A stretch of DNA of 43,144 nt from a virus (lineage: Duplodnaviria > Caudoviricetes), in IMG/VR virus record IMGVR_UViG_3300020044_000889, positions 1-43,144 of that record, one strand, 5' to 3'. Below, piece by piece: positions 1-8,912 of this stretch. A program made the translations under genes and the position numbers. The notes under the pieces were generated by a model, which saw nothing but the letters and a program-made list of their open reading frames with translations, ran no database searches and was not told the DNA's origin. Within the stretch, counting starts at the first letter, position 1; every line of letters begins with the position of its first letter.

Positions 1-2
1 AG

Positions 3-1253
3 TTGGACAAGGAGATGTTGGAAGTTCACTTGGTTAAGGAAAAGCGCCGCAAAGAAGATTTGTTGGACAGCTTTGACAAAGACACTTTGATGAGTAACCC
101 ACAATTTGCCGACCTACTTACATCCCTTGGTGTTGAGCCGCCAATGAAGAAAAGCCCAGCCACTGGCAAGCAGACCTACGCATTCTCTAAGACCGACGAG
201 GGATTCAAGGCCCTGTTGGAGCATGAGGATACTCGGGTACAAGCAGTAGTTGCGGCCCGGTTGGGAACAAAGTCAACCATCGAAGAGACCCGCACCGAGC
301 GGTTCATTGGGATTGCTAAGCGGGGGCCGATGCCTGTACCCCTACGCTACTACGCCGCACACACTGGGCGCTGGGGCGGTGACGACAAGATCAACTTACA
401 GAACTTGCAACGCACATCGCCGTTGAAGAAAGCCATCCTTGCGCCGTTTGGCATGGTGATGATTGACTCAGACTCATCGCAGATTGAAGCACGGACGCTT
501 GCATGGTTAGCTGGTCAAGACGACTTGGTAGACGCATTTGATAGGGGTGAGGATGTATACAAGATCATGGCATCGGCTATATATGGCAAGGCAATCGAAG
601 AGATTACAAAAGACGAACGGTTTGTCGGTAAGACAACGATTCTTGGCGCAGGCTACGGCATGGGTGCGGCAAAGTTTCAGACGCAGCTTAAAACTTTTGG
701 TGTTGAAGTCACGCTTGAAGAGGCGCAACGCATCATCAATACGTATCGAAATACGTATCCGAAAATTACTGCACTGTGGAAATCTGCGGCGAATGTCCTA
801 CCTGCCATTATCCGTGAGCAGACGACGGCGTTTGGGCGTGGCGACATACTTAAAGTAGATGGGTCAGAGGGCATCCTACTCCCCAATGGACTACGCTTGA
901 AGTACCCCAACTTACGCCAAAAAACCGATGAGGAAAGCGGTAAGACCGAGCTTGTATACGACACCAAGAAAGGCAAGGCAGTCATACCCAACCGAATCTA
1001 TGGCGGCAAGGTGATTGAGAACGTATGCCAAGCACTTGCACGTATCGTGATAGGTGAGCAGATGTTGATGGTGGCCAAGAAGTATCGCGTGGTGATGACC
1101 GTCCATGACGCCATCGCTTGTATTGCACCGGAGGCCGAGGCTGAAACAGCTAAGGAATACGTTGAATTGTGTATGCGTATCCGCCCGTCGTGGGCACCTG
1201 AGCTACCCCTGAACTGCGAAGCAGGGTATGGCAAATCTTATGGAGATTGTTGA
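3..1253 (+). CDS. polA: DNA polymerase family A, C-terminal polymerase domain (5' truncated)
   Basis: AAHTGRWGG...NLQNL; motif A DSSQIEAR; motif B RFVGKTTILGAGYG; motif C TVHDAI. Confidence 0.95.
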   Translation: MDKEMLEVHLVKEKRRKEDLLDSFDKDTLMSNPQFADLLTSLGVEPPMKKSPATGKQTYAFSKTDEGFKALLEHEDTRVQAVVAARLGTKSTIEETRTERFIGIAKRGPMPVPLRYYAAHTGRWGGDDKINLQNLQRTSPLKKAILAPFGMVMIDSDSSQIEARTLAWLAGQDDLVDAFDRGEDVYKIMASAIYGKAIEEITKDERFVGKTTILGAGYGMGAAKFQTQLKTFGVEVTLEEAQRIINTYRNTYPKITALWKSAANVLPAIIREQTTAFGRGDILKVDGSEGILLPNGLRLKYPNLRQKTDEESGKTELVYDTKKGKAVIPNRIYGGKVIENVCQALARIVIGEQMLMVAKKYRVVMTVHDAIACIAPEAEAETAKEYVELCMRIRPSWAPELPLNCEAGYGKSYGDC

Positions 1254-1540
1254 TGAGAAAACTGCTTAGAAAATTTATAGTGTGGGTAATGGGAGCGAGT
1301 GAAAGGGACTCGAAGTTAGGTAGAGCTATATCCTCTACACGAGAAGATGTTACTCATTCTTCACAACCTAAATTTCGACTGGCTGTTATAGCCGCCGCGA
1401 ATGGGCGTATATTAGAAATGGGTACGCTCAAGCCTAACCCCCACGGCCATGACTGGGAAACCGAGTTGTTTATCGTCCCCGAAGACCAAACACTTGCCGA
1501 GTGCATCTCAACCATCCTAACTGTTAAAGGACTTACATGA
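1253..1540 (+). CDS. hypothetical protein
   Basis: ATG overlaps the pol stop (TGATG); GGAG at 1242-1245; ends overlapping the next start (ATGA). Confidence 0.7.
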   Translation: MRKLLRKFIVWVMGASERDSKLGRAISSTREDVTHSSQPKFRLAVIAAANGRILEMGTLKPNPHGHDWETELFIVPEDQTLAECISTILTVKGLT

Positions 1541-2199
1541 GTATCGTATGGTCGTTCAGTAGCTTGAAAACATTTCAGCAGTGCCCCAAGAAGTACTATC
1601 ACACCAAGATAGCCAAGGACGTTGTTGAGCCCGACACAACGGCGACGCTGTACGGCAAGACTGCTCATACTGTGGCAGAGGAATACATTCGGGACGGCAA
1701 ACCTATCCCGCCCCAGTTCGAGTACATGAAGGACACGCTTGATGCCCTGAGCAAAATTGAAGGGGAGAAGCTGTGTGAGGTCAAGCTAGGGCTGACCAAG
1801 GACTTGAAGGCTTGCGAGTTCAGTGCGCCCGATGTGTGGTGGCACGGCATTGCCGACTTGGTTGTGTTGAACGAGGCAAAGGGTTTGGCGCACTCTGCTG
1901 ACTACAAGACCAGCAAGAGCGCAAGGTACGCAGACACCAAACAGCTTGACCTAGTAGCGGCTGGCATCTTTGCCAAGTTCCCCAAGATCAACAGGGTGAA
2001 GTCGGCACTCATCTTCACGGTGAGCAAAGAGTTTGTGAAGGCCGAGCACCACAGAGAAATGATGCCAAAGTACTTAGAGAAGCCAACAAAAGATGTTGCG
2101 CGGATTGAGGCGGCATTGGAGAACGGTGTATGGAATCCCAGCAGTGGGCCGCTGTGCAAGTTCTGTGCAGTCAAACAATGTGAATACAACAGGAGCTAA
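1537..2199 (+). CDS. PD-(D/E)XK exonuclease, Cas4/RecB-like
   Basis: WSFSSL..F.QCP, G...H, GIADLV...DYKT, QL; C-terminal CxxC...C completes a 4-Cys Fe-S-type set. Confidence 0.85.
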   Translation: MSIVWSFSSLKTFQQCPKKYYHTKIAKDVVEPDTTATLYGKTAHTVAEEYIRDGKPIPPQFEYMKDTLDALSKIEGEKLCEVKLGLTKDLKACEFSAPDVWWHGIADLVVLNEAKGLAHSADYKTSKSARYADTKQLDLVAAGIFAKFPKINRVKSALIFTVSKEFVKAEHHREMMPKYLEKPTKDVARIEAALENGVWNPSSGPLCKFCAVKQCEYNRS

Positions 2200-2201
2200 C
2201 A

Positions 2202-2495
2202 ATGAACACAATGACAAACCAAGAGACCGACACCGCCCTGATTCTTGAGAACGAACTGAAGCGCCGAGTGGAAGAAGTCGTCAGGAAATCGGTGGGGCCA
2301 ATCATTATGGAAGAAGTCCGAAAAATATTTATTACGCAGAAAGACTCTATGTTGATGGAGGTCAGCATTGCAGTTGGCAAAACCCTTCAAACCATCGAAA
2401 ATGAGGGGCGCAAGCCGCTTTGGGAAGCAACGCCCGAGGAGTTTGGCCTGACGAAAGAAGACCTCAATACTCACATGCTTGGAAAGGAAATCTAA
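2202..2495 (+). CDS. hypothetical protein
   Basis: Strong RBS AGGAG at 2191; fills the operon gap. Confidence 0.75.
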   Translation: MNTMTNQETDTALILENELKRRVEEVVRKSVGPIIMEEVRKIFITQKDSMLMEVSIAVGKTLQTIENEGRKPLWEATPEEFGLTKEDLNTHMLGKEI

Positions 2496-2496
2496 C

Positions 2497-2775
2497 ATGC
2501 CCTACGTAAACAAACCTAGACCCTATAAAAAAGAATATGAACAGCAAAAAGCAAGAGGCGAATCTGATTCCCGCCTTGAACGCCAACGAGCAAGAAGTGA
2601 GATGGACAAAAAGGGCATTGATCGTGCTGGAAAAGACATCGACCATGTGGTTCCCTTATCCAAAGGGGGAAGCAATGCTTCGGGAAATCTTAAGCTCAAG
2701 ACCCCAAGCGCCAATCGTTCATTCAGCCGTAATTCAGACCATACCGTCAAAATTAACAAACCAAAGAAAAAATGA
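2497..2775 (+). CDS. small HNH endonuclease
   Basis: DIDHVVPLSKGGSN...NL......NRS motif; ATG at 2497 follows AAGGA. Confidence 0.85.
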   Translation: MPYVNKPRPYKKEYEQQKARGESDSRLERQRARSEMDKKGIDRAGKDIDHVVPLSKGGSNASGNLKLKTPSANRSFSRNSDHTVKINKPKKK

Positions 2776-4160
2776 ACTTATCAGAGTATGAGTGGCCCCG
2801 TCCTCACGGGTTCACCCCGTTCGAGCATCAGAAGACTACAACCGAGTTCCTAACGACCAACAACAAGGCGTTCTGCTTTAATGAGCAGGGGACAGGCAAG
2901 ACAGCATCAGTGATTTGGGCAGTTGACTATTTAATGCAACGAGGATTAGTGAAGCGAGTGTTAGTGATTTGTCCGTTGTCAATTATGAAGTCGGCATGGC
3001 AAAACGATTTGTTCAAGTTTGCAATCCATCGCACAGTATCCGTTGCGCACGGCTCGGCCAAGAAGCGCAAAGAGATCATCAATGCAGGGTCAGAGTTTGT
3101 CGTTATCAATTTTGATGGGGTTGGAATTGTTAAGAGTGAACTGCTCAAGGGCGGGTTTGATTTGATCGTGGTAGATGAAGCGTCAGCGTATAAGAATGCT
3201 CAGACCGAGCGGTGGAAAGACCTACGTGACCTGACTAAAACCATCCGTGGGTTATGGATGTTGACTGGAACACCCGCCGCGCAGTCGCCTGTGGATGCTT
3301 ACGGATTGGCAAAGCTGGTGAACCCCAACGGCATCCCTATGTTCTTTGGGCAATTCAGAGACAACGTGATGATTAAGGTTGGGCAATACCGCTGGTTACC
3401 CCGTCCCGAGTCCAAGCACATTGTTCACAAGGCGCTTCAGCCAGCCATCCGGTTTGAGAAGAAGCAGTGCCTTGACTTACCCCCTTTGACCTTTGTTGAT
3501 CGTGATGCCCCGCTGTCCCCCCAGCAGATCAAGTATTACAACGTACTCAAGAAGCAGATGCTGATTGAGGCCGACGGAGAAGAAATCTCCGCCGTCAACG
3601 CTGCCGTACAAATTAACAAGCTGCTTCAAATATCAGGTGGCGCGGTATATACCGACACTGGCGAGGTGCTGGAGTTTGATGTGTCTACCCGCTTGAATGC
3701 GGTGCAGGAAGTCATTGAGGAATCAAGCCACAAGGTGCTGGTGTTTGTACCCTTTACTCACACCATCGAACTCCTAGAAAGACACCTGAGCAAACACGGC
3801 ATAAGCTGTGAAGTCATCAACGGCGATGTGAGTGTTAACAAACGCTCGGCCTTGGTTCAGCAGTTCCAAGACAACGCCCACCCCAAGGTGCTCATCATCC
3901 AACCACAAGCGGCATCCCACGGGCTTACCCTAACCGCCGCCGACACAATCATCTGGTACGCTCCCTGCTCCAGCGTAGAGACGTATCTACAAGCCAATGC
4001 CCGAATCGACCGTCCCGGTCAGGTCAACCCAATGACCATCGTGCATATAACAGGCAGTCCGATAGAGACAAAGATGTACGCCCACCTGCGGGGCAACATT
4101 GCACACCACACAAAAATAATTGATTTGTATAGACAAGAAATTATTTCTGAAGGTACTTGA
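2772..4160 (+). CDS. SNF2-like (SF2) DNA helicase
   Basis: EQGTGKT Walker A, VVDEAS, LTGTP, HGLTLT, QANARIDRPGQ. Confidence 0.92.
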   Translation: MNLSEYEWPRPHGFTPFEHQKTTTEFLTTNNKAFCFNEQGTGKTASVIWAVDYLMQRGLVKRVLVICPLSIMKSAWQNDLFKFAIHRTVSVAHGSAKKRKEIINAGSEFVVINFDGVGIVKSELLKGGFDLIVVDEASAYKNAQTERWKDLRDLTKTIRGLWMLTGTPAAQSPVDAYGLAKLVNPNGIPMFFGQFRDNVMIKVGQYRWLPRPESKHIVHKALQPAIRFEKKQCLDLPPLTFVDRDAPLSPQQIKYYNVLKKQMLIEADGEEISAVNAAVQINKLLQISGGAVYTDTGEVLEFDVSTRLNAVQEVIEESSHKVLVFVPFTHTIELLERHLSKHGISCEVINGDVSVNKRSALVQQFQDNAHPKVLIIQPQAASHGLTLTAADTIIWYAPCSSVETYLQANARIDRPGQVNPMTIVHITGSPIETKMYAHLRGNIAHHTKIIDLYRQEIISEGT

Positions 4161-4184
4161 CAATGTCAAGTTCTGTGCTAAACT
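4155..4184 (+). promoter_or_regulatory. sigma70-type promoter with a palindrome over the -35 box
   Basis: TTGACA (4157-4162), 16-bp spacer, extended -10 TGc-TAAACT (4179-4184); ACTTGACA-A-TGTCAAGT palindrome at 4155-4171. Confidence 0.75.
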
Positions 4185-4211
4185 AAAACCTCAAAACAAC
4201 TGGAGCTAACT

Positions 4212-4640
4212 ATGGACGCATTAGAAGTTCAGGGAGAACAACCCTCCCTACCACTCGACAAACTTGCCGCTATCTACATCAAGATACGCGATGCCAAGGA
4301 CACACTCACCTCAGACTACAAAAAGCAATACGCCACCCTTGAAGAACAGATGGGTGTGCTTGAAGCTGAGATGCTTGAGATTTGCAAAAACATGAACGCT
4401 GACAGCGTTCGCACAAAAGCTGGCACGATTGTTCGTTCCGTAAAGTCACGGTACTGGACGAATGATTGGGATTCTATGTATCGCTTCATCAAAGAAAACG
4501 ATGCGTATGGCTTGCTGGAAAAGAGACTTCATCAGACACACATGAAAGAGTTTCTTTCTGAGAATCCTGACCTGCTCCCTATGGGTTTGAACGTAGAGAG
4601 CGAATACACCGTGGTTGTTAGACGTTCTAAGGAAAACTGA
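4212..4640 (+). CDS. phage replication-module protein (N-terminal coiled coil), function unknown
   Basis: RBS GGAG at 4202; 142-aa ORF directly upstream of the SSB-like gene. Confidence 0.8.
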   Translation: MDALEVQGEQPSLPLDKLAAIYIKIRDAKDTLTSDYKKQYATLEEQMGVLEAEMLEICKNMNADSVRTKAGTIVRSVKSRYWTNDWDSMYRFIKENDAYGLLEKRLHQTHMKEFLSENPDLLPMGLNVESEYTVVVRRSKEN

Positions 4641-4643
4641 AAA

Positions 4644-5552
4644 ATGAGCAACATTACTTTGCTGAACCAAGACCTCCCCGACTTTCTGCAAACCGCTGGA
4701 GTCAGTGAGCTTACAAAACAACTCGCCGGTCGCACTGGCGTTAAACGAATCGTCCCTAAAAACGGAATCTTCCGCAAAGTTGTGGGCGGTGAGGAGATGG
4801 GTAAGGTCAAAGGCGACTTGAATGTTGTCGTTGTCAATGCTTCCCCCAAAGTTGGGCGTATCTTCTACGCAAAGCAATGGAGTGCCGACGCTGAGCCAAC
4901 CGCACCTGACTGCTTCTCTAACGATGGCAATATGCCTGATGCTGGTTCGACTAACAAACAGTCTGACCGCTGTGATTCATGCCAACAAAACATCAAGGGT
5001 TCAGGCATGGGCAACTCTAAAGCCTGCCGCTACTCACGCCGCATCGCTGTGACGTTGGAAGAGGACTTCGGTACTTCGCTTGAGGGTTCTGTGTATCAAA
5101 TGAACTTGGCATCCAAGTCTTTGTTTGGTGACAGTGTCGGTGACAACACTCACCCCTTTGAGAGCTACACCAAATACTTGGCCAACAATGGCAAGAGCTT
5201 GGACTACGTTGTTACCCAGTTGAGCTTCAATGAAGACAACGACAATCAGTCTATTCTGTTCACGCCAGTGCGCTTCATCAACAAAGGGGAACACGCAGTT
5301 ACAAGCAAAGTGGCTGTGCTTCCCGAAGTGCAGAAGATGGTCACCATGACCCCGTATCAAGCCGATGCGTCAGGTCGTGCGCCTAAGTTGGAAGCACCCA
5401 AAGCTGAAGCACCCAAAGCTAAAGCCGAAGTTGAAGATGACGAGCCAATCGAAGCGCCCAAGAAGCGTGAATCCAAGAAAGCCGCTGAAGCTACCCCCAC
5501 ACCCAAGAAAAGTTTGGACTCAGTAGTGGCGGCTTGGACGGACGAGGAGTAA
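4644..5552 (+). CDS. putative ssDNA-binding/annealing protein
   Basis: PDCFS...CDSC..N..GS....KAC Cys cluster, Lys/Ala/Pro linker, acidic-aromatic tail AWTDEE; replication context. Confidence 0.6.
   Translation: MSNITLLNQDLPDFLQTAGVSELTKQLAGRTGVKRIVPKNGIFRKVVGGEEMGKVKGDLNVVVVNASPKVGRIFYAKQWSADAEPTAPDCFSNDGNMPDAGSTNKQSDRCDSCQQNIKGSGMGNSKACRYSRRIAVTLEEDFGTSLEGSVYQMNLASKSLFGDSVGDNTHPFESYTKYLANNGKSLDYVVTQLSFNEDNDNQSILFTPVRFINKGEHAVTSKVAVLPEVQKMVTMTPYQADASGRAPKLEAPKAEAPKAKAEVEDDEPIEAPKKRESKKAAEATPTPKKSLDSVVAAWTDEE
5391..5420 (+). repeat. 15-bp tandem repeat x2 (GAAGCACCCAAAGCT; EAPKA)
   Basis: Seen directly in the linker region. Confidence 0.9.
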
Positions 5553-5555
5553 CGC

Positions 5556-5795
5556 ATGACCTATGGTTACAGCCAAAAGTTAGTTGATGCCAACAAAAAG
5601 GCTGACGCTGATTCTTTGGGCGTAGCCTTGGGTCGCTTCTGTATCGAGCGGGAGATTACTGCTACGCGAGTGGCAGTAGAGTTAGGTGTGAGCCGCATGA
5701 CGGTTTACAACTGGTTTTGGGGTGAGTTCACTCCGTCTCCAACTTACGCCGAGCAGATAGAGCGTTTCATGGCACGACACAAAAAGCGCAAATAA
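5556..5795 (+). CDS. Cro/XRE-like helix-turn-helix protein
   Basis: ATRVAVELGVSRMTVYNWFWG...P HTH pattern; RBS GAGGAG. Confidence 0.85.
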   Translation: MTYGYSQKLVDANKKADADSLGVALGRFCIEREITATRVAVELGVSRMTVYNWFWGEFTPSPTYAEQIERFMARHKKRK

Positions 5796-5798
5796 ACA

Positions 5799-8654
5799 AT
5801 GTCCACATTTGACTTGCTCGACACCGTACTACCCACGGAGGGACGGTACTGCGTAGTTGGCATAGGTAAGTATGTTGACCAGCGTTTTGCAGACACAAGG
5901 GAAGAAGCCGAGACACTCATTCAGGAGTTCAACACCAAGCAGGTCAATGTGTATTTTGGTTGCGCCAAGTTTGGCACAGCAGATGATAGGACGCATGAAA
6001 ACGTAGCCTTTGTCCGAGCCTTGTGGCTGGATATTGATTGCGGCCCGACCAAGGGTGTACCGAATTCCAAGGGGAAGATTGAGGGCTATCTTGACCAGCA
6101 GACAGGGCTGGCTGAGCTTCAAAAGTTTTGTAAAACGGTTGGATTACCTAAACCAATTTTGGTGAACTCCGGCAACGGCGTTCATGCCTACTGGTTGCTT
6201 GAAGAGACGTTGACTCGCACTGAGTGGGAGCCGTTAGCCAAGCGACTTAAACAACTCTGCAAAGAGCAGAACCTGATTGTTGACGACAAAGTATTTGAGG
6301 CATCGCGTGTTCTGCGTGTGCCCGAGTCAATGAACGTGAAGAAAGGTTTGGAGCCTAAGCCAGTCAGTGTTTGGAACGAGGTTTCGCCGAGATTGTCGGT
6401 TGAAGAACTGCGTAAATTGCTGGGCGCACCTGAGCCAAAGCAAGAAGAGGAAGTGCCCGACTTCGTACCATCTGCCATGAGCCCAATGATGGAGGCGTTG
6501 CTGGGTAACAAGGTCAAGCGGTTCAAGACCATCATGCTCAAGGCCGAGAACGGCTGTGCGCAATTGAATTACGTATTTCAAAACCAAGCTGAGATTGATG
6601 AGCCACTGTGGATGTCGGCGTTGTCGATTCCAGCTTTCTGCGTAGACGGAGACAAGGCGGCGCACAAGATGTCCGACCAACATCCTGAATACGACCCGTC
6701 CGAGGTAGACAACAAGCTTAGGAATATCCGCAAGCGCGGTGGCCCACACCACTGCACGACATTTGAAGAGCGCAACCCCGGTGGCTGTGATGGCTGTCCG
6801 CACAAAGGCAAGATCACTTCACCTATTGTGTTGGGTATAGAGATAGCCGAAGCAACCGAGGCCGACAACGAAGTGGAGGTTGAGACTGAAGCTGGAGTTG
6901 AGACACACCAAATACCTGAGTATCCATTCCCGTTCTTCAGGGGTAAAAAAGGCGGCGTGTATGTCCGCCCACCCAAGGATTCCGAAGAAGAACCCGCGAT
7001 GGTTTACGAGCATGACTTGTACGTACTCAAGCGTATGAGAGACAAAGAGTTAGGTGAGATGGCGTTGTTCAGACTTCACTTACCCCATGACGGGGTGAAA
7101 GAGTTTGCGATAACCACTGCGGCTATTTCATCAAAGGACGAGCTACGCAAACAGCTTGCCCAACAGGGCGTAATGGCACACCACAAGCAATATGAAAGTC
7201 TTGCAACATATGTCGTTACGGCGGTAAAAAATTTGCAATACACAAAGAAAGCAGAGCTTATGAGAACACAATTTGGATGGGTTGAGGGAGACAGCAAATT
7301 CATTATGGGCAGTAAAGAAATTACCAAGGACGGTACGTTCTACAGCCCCCCGTCATCAACGACCGAGTTTTTCGCCGAGAAGGTTCACGAGAAGGGCGAC
7401 ATAGACAAGTGGAAGGAAGTCTTCAACCTGTACGCATTAAAGGGCATGGAGCCCCACGCTTTTGGAGCCTTAACTGCGTTTGGCGCTCCACTAATGAAGT
7501 TCACCGGCTTGAAGGGCGCGATCATCAACGTGATCTACGAATACGCCGGATCAGGAAAATCAACCATCCTGCGCATGTGCAACAGCGTATATGGAATGCC
7601 CTACGAACTCATGTCGATTGAGAAGGACACGCTCAACGCAAAGATGCAACAGCTTGGTGTGATGAACAACATCCCCAACACGATTGACGAGATCACCAAC
7701 ATGTCCCCCAAGGACTTCTCTGACTTGGCATACGGCATCAGTCATGGCCGAGGCAAAAACCGCCAAAAGGGTTCAGAAAACGCATTACGCACCAACAACA
7801 CTTCATGGCAGAACATGACCCTGTGCTCGGCTAACGCCAGCTTCTACGAGAAGTTGACCGCCCTGAAGAACAGCCCAGATGGTGAGTCCGTGCGGTTACT
7901 TGAGTACAAGATAGAACCCAACGATTTGATTGGCGTAGCCAAGGGCAAGGAGATGTTTGACCATCAACTCAACGAGAACTATGGTCATGCGGGGGAGATA
8001 TACATTGCTTGGCTGGTGAACAACTTAGAGTACGCCAAGGACTTGATAAAGAAAGTCCAAGCCCGACTGGATAAAGAAGTCCAGTTCACCGCAAGGGAAC
8101 GCTTTTGGTCAGCCACCGCCGCTTGCAATATTGCTGGTGGTTTGATTGCCCGTCACCTTGGTTTGCACGACTTCGATATGACCGCTGTGTACGAGTGGCT
8201 CAAGGGTATGTTGAGTGAAATGCGCCATGATGTGAAGCCCCCACAGTCAACCCCTGTCACTACCCTTGGTGAATTCCTTGATAGCCACCACATCAACGCT
8301 TTGGTGGTCAACGGAGAAGTGGATGCCCGAAGTAATATGTCGGCGCTACCTTTGCAAGAACCCCGTGGAGAACTGCTGGTACGTTACGAGCCAGACACCA
8401 AACACATCTACGTAGCAGCCAAACAGTTCAAAGAGTTCTGCATCAAACAGCAGGTCAACTACAAAACCCTGCTCAAAGAGTTGACCGACTTGCAAATCTT
8501 TGTTGAGGCAACCAACAAGCGCATGTCCAAGGGTATGAAGATTGCGTCCCCTGCGGTGCGTACGTTGAAGTTTGACGCATCCCATTCTGAGTTTTTGCGC
8601 ATGGACGAGATGTTGAACCTAAATGAAAATAGAGACGGTGTCGTATCAGCTTGA
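5799..8654 (+). CDS. primase-helicase: AEP/RepB-like primase, Cys-rich domain and DUF927-like P-loop helicase
   Basis: WLDID, VNSGNGVHAYW, RVLRVP; C..HHC..CDGC.H; GSGKST and IDE Walker motifs. Confidence 0.85.
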   Translation: MSTFDLLDTVLPTEGRYCVVGIGKYVDQRFADTREEAETLIQEFNTKQVNVYFGCAKFGTADDRTHENVAFVRALWLDIDCGPTKGVPNSKGKIEGYLDQQTGLAELQKFCKTVGLPKPILVNSGNGVHAYWLLEETLTRTEWEPLAKRLKQLCKEQNLIVDDKVFEASRVLRVPESMNVKKGLEPKPVSVWNEVSPRLSVEELRKLLGAPEPKQEEEVPDFVPSAMSPMMEALLGNKVKRFKTIMLKAENGCAQLNYVFQNQAEIDEPLWMSALSIPAFCVDGDKAAHKMSDQHPEYDPSEVDNKLRNIRKRGGPHHCTTFEERNPGGCDGCPHKGKITSPIVLGIEIAEATEADNEVEVETEAGVETHQIPEYPFPFFRGKKGGVYVRPPKDSEEEPAMVYEHDLYVLKRMRDKELGEMALFRLHLPHDGVKEFAITTAAISSKDELRKQLAQQGVMAHHKQYESLATYVVTAVKNLQYTKKAELMRTQFGWVEGDSKFIMGSKEITKDGTFYSPPSSTTEFFAEKVHEKGDIDKWKEVFNLYALKGMEPHAFGALTAFGAPLMKFTGLKGAIINVIYEYAGSGKSTILRMCNSVYGMPYELMSIEKDTLNAKMQQLGVMNNIPNTIDEITNMSPKDFSDLAYGISHGRGKNRQKGSENALRTNNTSWQNMTLCSANASFYEKLTALKNSPDGESVRLLEYKIEPNDLIGVAKGKEMFDHQLNENYGHAGEIYIAWLVNNLEYAKDLIKKVQARLDKEVQFTARERFWSATAACNIAGGLIARHLGLHDFDMTAVYEWLKGMLSEMRHDVKPPQSTPVTTLGEFLDSHHINALVVNGEVDARSNMSALPLQEPRGELLVRYEPDTKHIYVAAKQFKEFCIKQQVNYKTLLKELTDLQIFVEATNKRMSKGMKIASPAVRTLKFDASHSEFLRMDEMLNLNENRDGVVSA

Positions 8655-8817
8655 TTGGTCAAAGTTCCGAGTGGGCCATTCATTTTTTGTACCCTGCATA
8701 GATGAACGGGCGGCGCGGGAGACCATAGGCGCTGTGACAAAAAGGTTAAAAATACCTATTGTTACAAAAGTTGTGATTGTTGACGGAATAAAAGGGCTAC
8801 GAGTCTGGCGTGTCTGA
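8623..8817 (+). CDS. small hypothetical protein, possibly DNA-binding
   Basis: 64-aa basic ORF (W..F..G.SFFVP...GLRVWR), last gene of the + operon. Confidence 0.75.
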   Translation: MKIETVSYQLDWSKFRVGHSFFVPCIDERAARETIGAVTKRLKIPIVTKVVIVDGIKGLRVWRV

Positions 8818-8828
8818 TGTAGACTAAT

Positions 8829-8912
8829 GACGTTGGCAAGCAGTTGCCATGTCTCCGGAAGTTAGCTCCTTCCAACCTCCCCTTTCCCCCCGCCTTTGTG
8901 CGGGGGTTTTTT
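8829..8912 (+). ncRNA. candidate small regulatory RNA (two hairpins, C-rich tract, terminator)
   Basis: Hairpins at 8829-8853 and 8857-8873 (loop UUAGCUC), C-rich linker, intrinsic terminator; TAGACT -10-like box at 8820-8825. Confidence 0.45.
8887..8912 (+). terminator. Rho-independent terminator of the replication arm
   Basis: CCCCCGC-CTTTGT-GCGGGGG followed by T6. Confidence 0.9.

Noticed and set aside
1537-2199. CRISPR-Cas system implied by the Cas4-like nuclease
   Set aside because: No repeat-spacer array or other cas genes. Solo Cas4-like nucleases are common in phage replication modules.
8824-8850. Minus-strand mini-ORF MATACQRH after GGAG
   Set aside because: Only 8 codons, the SD is 2 nt from the ATG, and there is no supporting evidence. 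The + strand RNA interpretation explains the region better, although this ORF is not excluded.
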